Below, one piece after another: positions 46,611-55,336 of a stretch of DNA of 64,000 nucleotides. The number at the start of each line of letters is the position of its first letter. Positions within the stretch are counted from its first letter, which is position 1. The stretch covers positions 154,401 to 218,400 of the IMG/VR virus record IMGVR_UViG_3300032285_004054; one strand, written 5' to 3'. A program made the translations under genes and the position numbers. The notes under the pieces are model-generated. The model did not search any database, had not been told where the DNA came from, and saw nothing but the letters and a program-made list of their open reading frames with translations.

Positions 46611-46814
46611 TTAATTAGTAAAGTAGGTAGGGTTGGCTCGGAAGGCTGGAGTAGGTTTAGTAAGCTGGGAATGCTTTACTGAATCCTTTCCGAGATAATA
46701 GACACCAATGATGGCGTAGAGGACAATGTTACAGGTAACATAAGTTATACAGAATAGCTTATAGGTATCCCAGATAGCTTCCTTGAGACGATTAGAGGTT
46801 ATAGTAGAGCTCAT
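46611..46814 (-). CDS. Small membrane protein
   Basis: One TM helix. Confidence 0.5.
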   Translation of the reverse strand: MSSTITSNRLKEAIWDTYKLFCITYVTCNIVLYAIIGVYYLGKDSVKHSQLTKPTPAFRANPTYFTN

Positions 46815-46986
46815 ACTTGTAGTTATTAATGTTGTTGTTGTTTGACATACGCCTCAGCCATCCATCCTGGGTAGTTGATTGTATGTGGTTTAGAAGAAGA
46901 GAAGGCTTCCTCTCTACGGAGTACCCGAAGATATTAAAGAAAGCTTCTAGAGGGTTCTTAATGAATGTCTTGATCTTATTCTTCAT
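46792..46986 (-). CDS. Hypothetical early protein
   Basis: MKNKIK start 6 nt after the -10 of TTGCCG-17-CATAAT. Confidence 0.6.
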   Translation of the reverse strand: MKNKIKTFIKNPLEAFFNIFGYSVERKPSLLLNHIQSTTQDGWLRRMSNNNNINNYKYELYYNL

Positions 46987-47026
46987 ACGAGTATTATGAA
47001 TGCTTTGGTTGGAACCGGCAACTACT

Positions 47027-47155
47027 TTATCGATCAAACGATTTAAATGATTGGCGGTTATAGTTCTTCTTATTCTTAAAGGCCTTCTGACCCGGGGCCC
47101 AATGCCGCCGGGTCTTAATCTCCTTTAGAGAGATGGTAAATGCTTTCGTCTTCAT
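47027..47155 (-). CDS. 42-aa basic peptide
   Basis: MKTKAFTISLKEIKTRRHWAPGQKAFKNKKNYNRQSFKSFDR; own promoter TTGCAG-17-TACTAT. Confidence 0.6.
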   Translation of the reverse strand: MKTKAFTISLKEIKTRRHWAPGQKAFKNKKNYNRQSFKSFDR

Positions 47156-47196
47156 ACTACTAATAGTAGAAGCTTATAGAGGCACCTGCAAGTATC

Positions 47197-47361
47197 TTAT
47201 AGAGCCTCTACCGCTCTCTTCATACTATCTATCTCCATGACGACGTCGGAGTAGGCTACTACTAGCTCTTGGATCTGCATATCCTTCTGATAGATTTGAT
47301 CCTTGAGGACGGCTATGAGCTTCTCCATCTCTTCGATCTTGTTTTGTAGGTCTGTTGTCAT
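47197..47361 (-). CDS. Small coiled-coil protein
   Basis: MTTDLQNKIEEMEKLIAVLKDQ... (54 aa); ATGA overlap with the upstream gene. Confidence 0.6.
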   Translation of the reverse strand: MTTDLQNKIEEMEKLIAVLKDQIYQKDMQIQELVVAYSDVVMEIDSMKRAVEAL

Positions 47362-47648
47362 TTTGTTGTAGGTGGTTCTTGGCCGGGATTACCATCCGTC
47401 CTCCAGGTACTATAGATGCCTTCATTGAGGGCGTCGATATTGGCGTAGTTGTGGATCAGATCGTAGTCATGCTTGAACTGTAGCGTACCCCAAACCAGAA
47501 CCAGAGCTACCCAGAGGGCTAGGATCAATGGCCAGATACGAAGGTAGAGCCTATCTACAAACCTTCTTAGACGCCTCAGTTGTACTTCGATCTCAACTGA
47601 GATAGGATACCAATATGTCCATTTGAGCTGTTGGGTCTTGGAGAACAT
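47358..47648 (-). CDS. Membrane protein
   Basis: TM segment IWPLILALWVALVLVWG. Confidence 0.55.
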   Translation of the reverse strand: MFSKTQQLKWTYWYPISVEIEVQLRRLRRFVDRLYLRIWPLILALWVALVLVWGTLQFKHDYDLIHNYANIDALNEGIYSTWRTDGNPGQEPPTTK

Positions 47649-47809
47649 AATCCTTTTAATTCATCATTGTGTTCTGGGTAATGCATACCCTATAAAGCTT
47701 CTCCATGGCGGCCAGGTACTCCTCATCGACTCCCATGAGCCTGGCCGCCATTTGTCGCATGCTATTCATCTCTTCTTCAGAGATGGAGTCTAAAGCGTTC
47801 TCCATTATC

Positions 47810-48007
47810 TTATTCGGTTACAATCTCGTAGGTAAGGGACTGGATAGCAAACCCATAGGCGTCGGCGATGGCGTCGGCCAGATCCTCTTCGAGGTTGCAG
47901 CTATCAGGGAACTCAAACTCCAGATCGACTGGAAGGTCACAAAGGTCCTCTTCATTATCGACGACCCAATAGATGTCGGTTACTTTGATCTTGTTCAGTA
48001 GTTCCAT
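47810..48007 (-). CDS. Acidic hypothetical early protein
   Basis: 65 aa, tightly packed. Confidence 0.6.
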   Translation of the reverse strand: MELLNKIKVTDIYWVVDNEEDLCDLPVDLEFEFPDSCNLEEDLADAIADAYGFAIQSLTYEIVTE

Positions 48008-48011
48008 AGTC

Positions 48012-48203
48012 TTAGATTCCGTAGGAGGTTAATACGAGGTAGAAATGATCGGGGTCGAGAACGTCATTGGCGTCATCGGTAGATACTTCGGCGTGATTGA
48101 TTGAGCAGAAGTCATCACGATCAGGATCATAGACGGTGACTGTGTCTTCAAGACGCTCTTTAGGAAGCTTCTTAAGCTCGTTGAGGAGTTGTTTGTAGGT
48201 CAT
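48012..48203 (-). CDS. Hypothetical early protein
   Basis: 63 aa. Confidence 0.6.
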   Translation of the reverse strand: MTYKQLLNELKKLPKERLEDTVTVYDPDRDDFCSINHAEVSTDDANDVLDPDHFYLVLTSYGI

Positions 48204-48208
48204 AAGGG

Positions 48209-48457
48209 TTAGGCGGTTACTTGTTTGTTCTTTAGTTGTTCGATCTCGGCTTTAGAGCTGCTATACCCATCATTGATAGCCTCCTGAAGGGTACGTCCGT
48301 AGTTGAAGTATCCGCTGCGATCCATCTCCAGGTATGTTTGAATGGATCCGAGGGTGAAGGCGTATCTGTATTCCTTATTACCTCTGAGTGTCTCAAGCTC
48401 CAGAATCAGATCTACGAGCTCCTTGACGGTTCTATCTACTGTGTTCTTATTTTTCAT
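48209..48457 (-). CDS. Hypothetical early protein
   Basis: MKNK start; promoter TTGTAG-17-TATACT-6-ATG. Confidence 0.65.
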   Translation of the reverse strand: MKNKNTVDRTVKELVDLILELETLRGNKEYRYAFTLGSIQTYLEMDRSGYFNYGRTLQEAINDGYSSSKAEIEQLKNKQVTA

Positions 48458-48473
48458 ACGATCAGTATAAGGG

Positions 48474-48674
48474 CTAGAGGTCGGAACTACAAGCTTCTTC
48501 TGCTGGCAACCCTAGAACAATCTCGTTATACTTGCTATGGAATACCTCCTGGATCTGATCTACTAGATTGAACATAATATAGGCCTTATCATTAGCCCCG
48601 CTACTATATTCATTCTCAAGATCTTTGAGGTAGTCGGAGATGAATGCGATGAATTCTTCGTTCTTATCTTTCAT
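48474..48674 (-). CDS. Hypothetical early protein
   Basis: TTGAGG-17-CATAAT-6-ATG. Confidence 0.65.
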   Translation of the reverse strand: MKDKNEEFIAFISDYLKDLENEYSSGANDKAYIMFNLVDQIQEVFHSKYNEIVLGLPAEEACSSDL

Positions 48675-48705
48675 ATAATGATTATGATCGGGTTGGAAGG
48701 AAACC

Positions 48706-48903
48706 TCAAGCCAAGAATTTGCCGAATGTCTCCATGCTCAGGTAGTATCGCCTCTGAACGGCCTCAGGCACCCTCCAGAAGTCAGAATCAGGTCCATCGC
48801 ACTTATCATACTCTTTCATCGCTTTCTTGGCTTCATTCATAGCTTCGAAGAAGTCTCGAGCCTTTAAGACGGCTTCCATGTCGTACTTGATCTTATTTTT
48901 CAT
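48706..48903 (-). CDS. Hypothetical early protein
   Basis: TTGACC-17-TATACT-6-ATG. Confidence 0.65.
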   Translation of the reverse strand: MKNKIKYDMEAVLKARDFFEAMNEAKKAMKEYDKCDGPDSDFWRVPEAVQRRYYLSMETFGKFLA

Positions 48904-48921
48904 ACGATCAGTATATAGGGT

Positions 48922-49113
48922 TCAGTCCTGAAGGTCAATGATAGAATCTGTAATTCCTTCCATACGTTCCTGTTGGGAATCCTCGACAGCTCCATAGAAG
49001 TACTCCTCATAATGGGCTTCTACTTCGGCTTTGGTAATATCAATGCCTTGATCCTTTAAAGCATCAATAACGTCTTGAATTTCAGAGTCAGCGATTTCAA
49101 TCTCAATCTTCAT
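48922..49113 (-). CDS. Acidic hypothetical early protein
   Basis: 63 aa. Confidence 0.6.
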   Translation of the reverse strand: MKIEIEIADSEIQDVIDALKDQGIDITKAEVEAHYEEYFYGAVEDSQQERMEGITDSIIDLQD

Positions 49114-49117
49114 ATGT

Positions 49118-49267
49118 TTATTCAGCGGTTAGGAATTTGATGTTGATATAACGGCGTAGACCTCTTGGTTTATTCTTCTCTGACATCATCGCCAGTCCTC
49201 CGACGATTGAACGAATGATCCAGATCTTACCCTGGTCCTCTATGTGCATTCCTTTTCTTATTTTCAT
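49118..49267 (-). CDS. Small basic early protein
   Basis: MKIRKGMHIEDQGKIWIIRS (49 aa); TTGCAG-17-TATACT-6-ATG. Confidence 0.6.
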   Translation of the reverse strand: MKIRKGMHIEDQGKIWIIRSIVGGLAMMSEKNKPRGLRRYINIKFLTAE

Positions 49268-49367
49268 ACATTCAGTATAAGGGAATTGAAAAGGAACTGC
49301 AAGCCTGGAAGAGTTGAAAAATAAGAAACGTCTCTATCCAGGCCTGCAGCAACCCTTCCCAAAAGTC

Positions 49368-49745
49368 TCAGTACCTAGGCACCACGATGGTGGGCTGTGG
49401 GGCGGTAAAATACGCTGGGGAATAATAAGCAGGGTTAGCATACGTCGGTACGTATCCTCCACATCCATAGGCTGGTACCGGGACGGGGGCAGCATATGCT
49501 GGGGCGGCCAGAGCTCCGGCGACGCCTAAACCGAAGAGCGTCCAACCTAGGCCATTAGGGATGCCAGTTCCACACCAGCCACCTCCTCCCCCATAGCCAC
49601 ATCCCCCGCGGTAGTATCCTCCATTACCGCAACCCCCGCCCCATCCTCCACCACCGCGATAGCATCCCCCATTGCCGTTATAATAGGCTTGGGATGTACT
49701 AACGAGAGCTGTAATAAGGAGTAGGGATAGAATGATCTTTTTCAT
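49368..49745 (-). CDS. Exported Gly/Cys/Tyr-rich protein
   Basis: Signal peptide MKKIILSLLLITALVSTSQA, GGC repeats, hydrophobic helix, Pro/Tyr tail. Confidence 0.65.
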   Translation of the reverse strand: MKKIILSLLLITALVSTSQAYYNGNGGCYRGGGGWGGGCGNGGYYRGGCGYGGGGGWCGTGIPNGLGWTLFGLGVAGALAAPAYAAPVPVPAYGCGGYVPTYANPAYYSPAYFTAPQPTIVVPRY

Positions 49746-49746
49746 A

Positions 49747-49938
49747 TTATTGATTGTAGTTAGAATTGGCTGATTGTGCAAGCTCCTCATAGTGTTCAAT
49801 TACAAAGAGGTATTCATCTTTGGTTAGACCGGCGACGATTCGGGCCTGGGGATCGAGCATATTGTATCGACCGCCAGCTCGGACCTTCTCATAGGCGAGC
49901 CAGTCGTTGATTTGATCTTTGGTAAAGTCCATTGTCAT
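49747..49938 (-). CDS. Hypothetical early protein
   Basis: Likely start MTMDFTKD. Confidence 0.55.
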   Translation of the reverse strand: MTMDFTKDQINDWLAYEKVRAGGRYNMLDPQARIVAGLTKDEYLFVIEHYEELAQSANSNYNQ

Positions 49939-49942
49939 AGTC

Positions 49943-50170
49943 TTAGGCAATGCGTAACATAATGGTACCTTCTTCATCGAGGATCGAGCGCCATTCAAAG
50001 CCCTCGGCCTTCAACTTAGCAATCATCCGGCCGGCTGGTGGGTGGCTATTGTTCAGACGGAAGATCGTTCCGATTGCTGACGAACGCCAGGGATAGGTGG
50101 TCGTATTAAAAGGACGACCTGGCTTACGCTTACCTCGAACATTGATGGACTTGATTTTATTGTGCTTCAT
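49943..50170 (-). CDS. Basic protein (AT-hook-like RKPGRP)
   Basis: 75 aa. Confidence 0.55.
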   Translation of the reverse strand: MKHNKIKSINVRGKRKPGRPFNTTTYPWRSSAIGTIFRLNNSHPPAGRMIAKLKAEGFEWRSILDEEGTIMLRIA

Positions 50171-50238
50171 TGTATTGGATTGTATTTGGGTTTAAAAAGT
50201 GGGAGACCCCAGGGCTCGCTGGGATCTCCCTATGATTC

Positions 50239-50571
50239 TTACTTAGCCTTCCCCTCAACCGGCATAGGAGCCTTAGCCTTAGGAGCGGCCTTCTTCTTAG
50301 CCGTCTGGATCTCCTCCTTCAGAGCCTCGACAACGGTCTCTACCGTCTTCTGAGCAGTCTTCTTAACAGCGCCCTTCCCGGTAAAGGTACGCAGGAGGTT
50401 CTCCAAGGAGCCGTACTTCTCGATCTTCTTCTTGAGGTTGGATCCGAAGCAGGTGAACGCGTTACCGGTTACCGTGCACTCGATGTAGTTCGTCGGAAGA
50501 ACTCCGAACTGGTCGAAGTAACCGAGCTGATAGGCGATGACGTCGTCGTTGATGATGTTGTTGTTTTTCAT
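50239..50571 (-). CDS. Basic protein with CxxTG motif and histone-like tail
   Basis: Start MKNNNII after an A/C-rich leader; weakly similar to the N-terminal domain of 29629-30240. Confidence 0.6.
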   Translation of the reverse strand: MKNNNIINDDVIAYQLGYFDQFGVLPTNYIECTVTGNAFTCFGSNLKKKIEKYGSLENLLRTFTGKGAVKKTAQKTVETVVEALKEEIQTAKKKAAPKAKAPMPVEGKAK

Positions 50572-50651
50572 TGTTGGGTTTGTTTTTGGGTTTTGGTTGT
50601 TACTGCTGTACTGATTGTACTTCTTCATTGTGGCTCCGATCCTTCGGAACC

Positions 50652-50861
50652 TCAAGCTTTTTCATCCAGGAATTCCTGAACCTGTTCTTCCAGGATAGGA
50701 TCCTGAATAGGATTCCCGTCTGTATCCCGGATCTCAAAATCAATGATCTTTCCCTTGGCGTTGGAATACTCATTGACAACGATGGATCCGTAGCGTGGGA
50801 CCTCATCGATAAAATAGGTGTCGAGAATAGTCTCGGTGTGTTCGTGGGTTGTAATTGTCAT
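50652..50861 (-). CDS. Acidic hypothetical early protein
   Basis: TTGAGG-17-CATAAT-6-ATG. Confidence 0.65.
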   Translation of the reverse strand: MTITTHEHTETILDTYFIDEVPRYGSIVVNEYSNAKGKIIDFEIRDTDGNPIQDPILEEQVQEFLDEKA

Positions 50862-50898
50862 ACGAGCATTATGGATGGATTGGAAGGAAACCTCAAGC

Positions 50899-51174
50899 TT
50901 AAACCAATCCTACAAGAGCCTTAAAGGTCTGATCGGATGGACGCTCGGTAGCAAACCAGGTATGGGTAGTATAATTGCCAATATCTACACCGAGATCTTG
51001 AAGGTCTTCACCAATAATAACATCCATAAGCTTCCATCCTTTAACGGCCTGATCTTTAAAAGCCTCTCGGATGATTACTTGCTTGTAAGGATTAATCTGA
51101 TACATCTCATAATCATCAATGAAAAGGATGTATTTAGCTGTCGATGAGTTTAGGGCGATGTTCTTATTTTTCAT
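50899..51174 (-). CDS. Hypothetical early protein
   Basis: TTGAGT-17-CATACT-6-ATG. Confidence 0.65.
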   Translation of the reverse strand: MKNKNIALNSSTAKYILFIDDYEMYQINPYKQVIIREAFKDQAVKGWKLMDVIIGEDLQDLGVDIGNYTTHTWFATERPSDQTFKALVGLV

Positions 51175-51192
51175 AGATTCAGTATGTAGGGA

Positions 51193-51384
51193 TCAGAGAA
51201 GGAACTCAAGCTGTTTCTTCAGCTCCTGTGCCGTCTCTATATCAATGACGATGATTTGATTGCAGGAAAACCCCTTGAGGGTCAGCTCCAGGACCTCCTT
51301 ATGGCCTTCGTATGGGTTCTGGCCATGACGTACGGCTACGCCTTGGTAGATAGATCCGGTGATTGGTTCTTCTGTATTTTTCAT
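51193..51384 (-). CDS. Hypothetical early protein
   Basis: TTGCCT-17-CATAAT-7-ATG. Confidence 0.6.
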   Translation of the reverse strand: MKNTEEPITGSIYQGVAVRHGQNPYEGHKEVLELTLKGFSCNQIIVIDIETAQELKKQLEFLL

Positions 51385-51421
51385 AGATTGGATTATGGAT
51401 TGGAAGGAAAGAACAGGCAAG

Positions 51422-51691
51422 CTATTCCTTCTCCCAAAGATAAGCCCTTTCAGTCAGATCTTGGATGAAGCAGCTGAATTCGCCATTCATACAAGCATTC
51501 TCAACGGCCAAAGCAGCCTCTTCCAACGCTGGATCCTCAGTATAAAGGACATCGATGGCTTCTGTATACTCTGGCTTATCCATAAAACCTTTCAGTTCTT
51601 GGAGGGCCTTATAGACGCCAGAGGTAAGCTCTTCGTAGCGTCCGGCGATAGCGATGATGGCTTCAGGGTTCAGGGTGTTTTTATTTTTCAT
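51422..51691 (-). CDS. Hypothetical early protein
   Basis: TTGTCT-17-CATAAT-6-ATG. Confidence 0.65.
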   Translation of the reverse strand: MKNKNTLNPEAIIAIAGRYEELTSGVYKALQELKGFMDKPEYTEAIDVLYTEDPALEEAALAVENACMNGEFSCFIQDLTERAYLWEKE

Positions 51692-52056
51692 GCATTCATT
51701 ATGGCAGCAGAGGGAAGGAAAGACAAGGGAATCTTTTTTTATTTCCGGCTTGATGGTTCCAATAGGAGCCTATAGAATGAAAGGATAATAAAGAAGAGGT
51801 CGTTGAGCAGGGACCTAGGAGAAGAAAACAGCTCGAAGAGGGAGTAACATCCTGCCACGTTTGTTAGCACACCCTGCCCCTATATACTAACATCGTTGTT
51901 AAATCTTCCTAGAATAGGGTAACTAACTTCTCTGTTAGATGTTAGTAGAATTTCCTGCTTGCAACAATCAGTAAGTACCGGATAATGGAAATATAGTTCA
52001 GGAAATCTCGGATAGTTCAGTTGAACATTCCTAGAAGTAAGCACGGAAAGTACTAG

Positions 52057-52118
52057 AAAAAAACTGTTCTAAAAAAACCGTGAAAAAAACAGGGTAGAAA
52101 AAAACTGTGAAAAAAAAC
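52057..52118. repeat. Five tandem A7-8C tracts
   Basis: Tracts start at 52057, 52071, 52083, 52098, 52110. Confidence 0.8.
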
Positions 52119-52121
52119 GTG

Positions 52122-52195
52122 TGGCTACCCCTCATGGATTCGAACCATGACAAAGAGAGCCAAAATCTCTTGTGCTACCGTTACACTAAAGGGTA
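52122..52195 (-). tRNA. tRNA-Gln(UUG)
   Basis: U1-A72, loop TTTTGGC, CCA. Confidence 0.9.
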
Positions 52196-52199
52196 AGAA

Positions 52200-52274
52200 T
52201 GGCTCCCGAGGCTGGATTCGAACCAACAACATGCGAGTTAACAGCTCGCTGCTCTACCGTTGAGCTACTCGGGA
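52200..52274 (-). tRNA. tRNA-Asn(GUU)
   Basis: Loop CTGTTAA, G73, CCA. Confidence 0.93.
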
Positions 52275-52280
52275 ACAATT

Positions 52281-52363
52281 TGGGCAGAGAAGGACTCGAA
52301 CCTTCGAAGGCGAATGCCAAAGGATTTACAGTCCTCCCCGTTTGACCGCTTCGGTATCTACCC
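52281..52363 (-). tRNA. tRNA-Tyr(GUA), CCA not encoded
   Basis: Loop CTGTAAA, long variable arm. Confidence 0.92.
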
Positions 52364-52414
52364 GTATTGCTTATACAATTTATAATAGACATAGATATAG
52401 TCAAGAGAATAAAA

Positions 52415-52489
52415 TGGCATCCTCAAGGGGATTTGAACCCCTGCTAGGTCCGTGAAAGGGACCGGTGCTAACCGCTACACTATGAGGAC
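52415..52489 (-). tRNA. tRNA-Glu(UUC)
   Basis: Loop CTTTCAC, CCA. Confidence 0.92.
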
Positions 52490-52704
52490 ATAGATAGAGT
52501 ATTATATAGGCTCTATAAGAATAGGCAAGAGCTATTAAAGGAATCTAAGAGAAATTCCCCTTATTAGGAGGCTATAAGGACTGTTTATATGAGAAAAAAA
52601 TTAAAAAAATTCTTGAAAAATTGTAAGGACACACTAAGTGTTTTCTAAGTATTCGCAATTATTCTTCCATTCCCTAATCAATCTTTAATAATCTTTAATA
52701 CTCT

Positions 52705-52944
52705 CTATATAAGCTCTACCTTTGTTCTATGATTAAAAGTGACACATTGTCCTACTACAATTGGCCAGACACCTTCTGGAAGTACCGGAGGAACATCTAC
52801 TACGATCCTGGCAGCTTTATAGGCTGGGTTACGAGCTTCTGGCCAATAAGGACTGGCACATCTATAGACACCTCCATCATTGTTATGTTTGAACTGTTGG
52901 CCTTTCTTTAGCTCTCCAATTCTTACAATGTTCTTATTGTTCAT
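52705..52944 (-). CDS. Hypothetical early protein
   Basis: TTGAAT-17-TAAAAT-6-ATG. Confidence 0.65.
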   Translation of the reverse strand: MNNKNIVRIGELKKGQQFKHNNDGGVYRCASPYWPEARNPAYKAARIVVDVPPVLPEGVWPIVVGQCVTFNHRTKVELI

Positions 52945-52982
52945 AGATTCATTTTAAAATCTATCGGAGGAACATTCAAGCT

Positions 52983-53288
52983 TTAAATGATACCCAAGAG
53001 ACCTTCAAATGAGTCTTTTGTTTCCGGTGATAGATTCTTCATTATATTATATCTCTCTATCGCCTTTAATCCTTCTTCTTCTATATCTTTGAATATATTA
53101 ACCGATGTTGCCAGCCCCAGTAATGGCTTATATTTTGTTGGTACCTTTAAGAACGCTAGATATGATCTCTTTTTACCTTTTTCTAAAACAAATTGCCAGG
53201 TATTACCTTCATTATCTTTCATCTCATACCCTGGTTCCCTTCTCTTTCCTACTATCTTATACTCTACATCTGTAAATGTTAATGACAT
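52983..53288 (-). CDS. Tail-family member
   Basis: Ends RYNIMKNLSPETKDSFEGLLGII. Confidence 0.8.
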   Translation of the reverse strand: MSLTFTDVEYKIVGKRREPGYEMKDNEGNTWQFVLEKGKKRSYLAFLKVPTKYKPLLGLATSVNIFKDIEEEGLKAIERYNIMKNLSPETKDSFEGLLGII

Positions 53289-53291
53289 AAC

Positions 53292-53423
53292 CTATTCCTT
53301 TACGCAATTATTAACTACCCTCCCGGATGGTAGCTTCTTTGTTCCTTTCTTCTTATATCCCTTCCAACAATGCATTTGCTTCTTTTCGGTTAATATAGCT
53401 TTTACAATTTTATCAAAATTCAT
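53292..53423 (-). CDS. 43-aa CTS-bearing peptide with CWKGY...NCVK motif
   Basis: Manual translation MNFDKIVKAILTEKKQMHCWKGYKKKGTKKLPSGRVVNNCVKE. Confidence 0.7.
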   Translation of the reverse strand: MNFDKIVKAILTEKKQMHCWKGYKKKGTKKLPSGRVVNNCVKE

Positions 53424-53432
53424 ATACTCTAT

Positions 53433-53786
53433 TTATACAACATCAATAAAGCTACCGAACGTTTCTTTTGTATCATCGGACATATGCTTTTCTAATTCAA
53501 ATCTATTATATTCCTTTTTTACTAGATCTCTAATATACTTTTCTAGTTCCTTACGATCTGGAGATAATGTATCTTTTGATATCCCAGGGATCTTACTACT
53601 CAATGAATAGCCTATATCCTTATCAAATCCATCATTTGTCCCATAGATACCCATCTTCTCACCATTTATATAAACATCGGCTAGTACCGTCCATATCTTA
53701 GAACTAGTACTGGGACGAATCTTTACAGCAATATCCAATCCTGCAAAGCCTTCATTGAGTATACTCTCTACTAGATCCTGGAACAT
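53433..53786 (-). CDS. Tail-family member
   Basis: MFQDLVESILNEG ... MSDDTKETFGSFIDVV. Confidence 0.8.
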   Translation of the reverse strand: MFQDLVESILNEGFAGLDIAVKIRPSTSSKIWTVLADVYINGEKMGIYGTNDGFDKDIGYSLSSKIPGISKDTLSPDRKELEKYIRDLVKKEYNRFELEKHMSDDTKETFGSFIDVV

Positions 53787-53811
53787 ATATTATACTTATT
53801 AAATAATACAC

Positions 53812-54222
53812 ATGTCATTTAGTCAATTAGTTCTGGAAACCCTAGATGAATACCGAGTCATCGGGGATGCCTCCCATCATGCTATCAATATGGCTATGCG
53901 GTACTTTACCGCCGGGATCAAGGATACTGATAAGATCTTCACCCAACCTATTGAACATGGATGGCTTTTGAATGTACGAGGGGATAAGATTTATGTATTC
54001 CCTAATTACTTTATAGGTATGATGGATCCAGGTGATTCAGATTACGTCGTCTTTAATGATCAATATAACTTCATTAACCGTTCAACCAATCGTGTTAATA
54101 ATCCAAAGGGAGTTATTGATAATAGAAAGATAAAGAAAGCGATTGAGAATTGGGAGATGCTTAAGTCAGTATCCCCAGATACTAAATCCTCATTCGAAGA
54201 CTTATTAGGTACTATATCCTAA
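53812..54222 (+). CDS. Tail-family member
   Basis: MSFSQLVLET ... NWEMLKSVSPDTKSSFEDLLGTIS. Confidence 0.8.
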   Translation: MSFSQLVLETLDEYRVIGDASHHAINMAMRYFTAGIKDTDKIFTQPIEHGWLLNVRGDKIYVFPNYFIGMMDPGDSDYVVFNDQYNFINRSTNRVNNPKGVIDNRKIKKAIENWEMLKSVSPDTKSSFEDLLGTIS

Positions 54223-54566
54223 CCGATCAGCTTCTCCAGTAGCATTCTACTGTTAACCTTAATATCACACTCCAAGGCGTCTCTAGATTCAATAGCCTTA
54301 AAGTACTCTTCGTCATTATCAATCAGTTCCTGACCTAACGTCTTCTTAACATCTGGATTGAGCTTTGATTTGATCAGTTCCAGGATTGGCTCCACATCTT
54401 TATCTGATAGATGGAGGGTAACTTCGGAGCCATCATATACGGAACCATAATTGAATTCCAGCTTTAGAGTAACCGGAGGACATGGACTATAACCAAATGG
54501 TTGACCAGTAAAGTCGGAGAAGTAACTTGCCTCCTCTATCTGTTCAGGAACGATTATCTTTTTCAT
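54219..54566 (-). CDS. Hypothetical protein
   Basis: 115 aa, coupled to the second queD. Confidence 0.55.
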   Translation of the reverse strand: MKKIIVPEQIEEASYFSDFTGQPFGYSPCPPVTLKLEFNYGSVYDGSEVTLHLSDKDVEPILELIKSKLNPDVKKTLGQELIDNDEEYFKAIESRDALECDIKVNSRMLLEKLIG

Positions 54567-55129
54567 AGTTTTCGATCATCATATTCAACAACACCCTTTT
54601 CGTCTCTATAAAGCTCAATTAGGTATTTGTTTCCAATATAGAAGTTAGAACGTTCATCTTGAGAAATAGAATCTCTATTACAATCGGTATAACAATTAGG
54701 CGTCTCATATAGACGAACATTCTCAATCCAAAGATTAGGATACTTGTTAAAGAGAATATCCATAGCCAGGAATACTTCTTTAGCAATATTCTCTACCGAT
54801 GGATTGCAGTAATTACCTGGACCATTCAATGTCATAATCCAGAGCTTGGTACCTAAATCATTAACAGCCTTGATGAGTGTCCTATCATGACAATTGAGAA
54901 TAGCTCCATGATCGAGCTTATCATCAATCCATTGACATCCTACTCTCTTAATCTCCTTGAAGTCTACAGCATATCCGATCTCTTCAATTGTATCAAAGCC
55001 AAAGGTTAGTTCATAAAGATATGTATGCCCATGAACATGAAAGCATTTCATCCGCTCATTCATTACCCGATGCATTACATCGAACGATCCCTTTCTAGTA
55101 ATAGTCTGTTTAGTACTCATACTCTTCAT
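54563..55129 (-). CDS. queD: Second QueD/PTPS-family enzyme (canonical H...CxxxHGH)
   Basis: MHRV...KCFHVHGHTY, VDFKEIK, DH, NPSVENIA, LYETP. Confidence 0.88.
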   Translation of the reverse strand: MKSMSTKQTITRKGSFDVMHRVMNERMKCFHVHGHTYLYELTFGFDTIEEIGYAVDFKEIKRVGCQWIDDKLDHGAILNCHDRTLIKAVNDLGTKLWIMTLNGPGNYCNPSVENIAKEVFLAMDILFNKYPNLWIENVRLYETPNCYTDCNRDSISQDERSNFYIGNKYLIELYRDEKGVVEYDDRKL

Positions 55130-55336
55130 CTATTATAGATTCAACCCTTTTGAAATCAATAATAATAGGTATTTGCAGGGAGATCCTACTATTCCTTCAA
55201 ATAAACCCTGAATTCCCCATTATTCAACACTTATTTCGACGTTGAATATCAACGACTTACGACAGCAAAAGCACGTATATTATTTATTGAAAAATCCTTT
55301 GTTTTTTACAGATTTCCCCTAAAAATCACTACTTTT

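Noticed and set aside
54563-55129. DpdL decarboxylase call for the second QueD
   Set aside because: Has canonical QueD H...CxxxHGH rather than the HRH signature I recall for DpdL.
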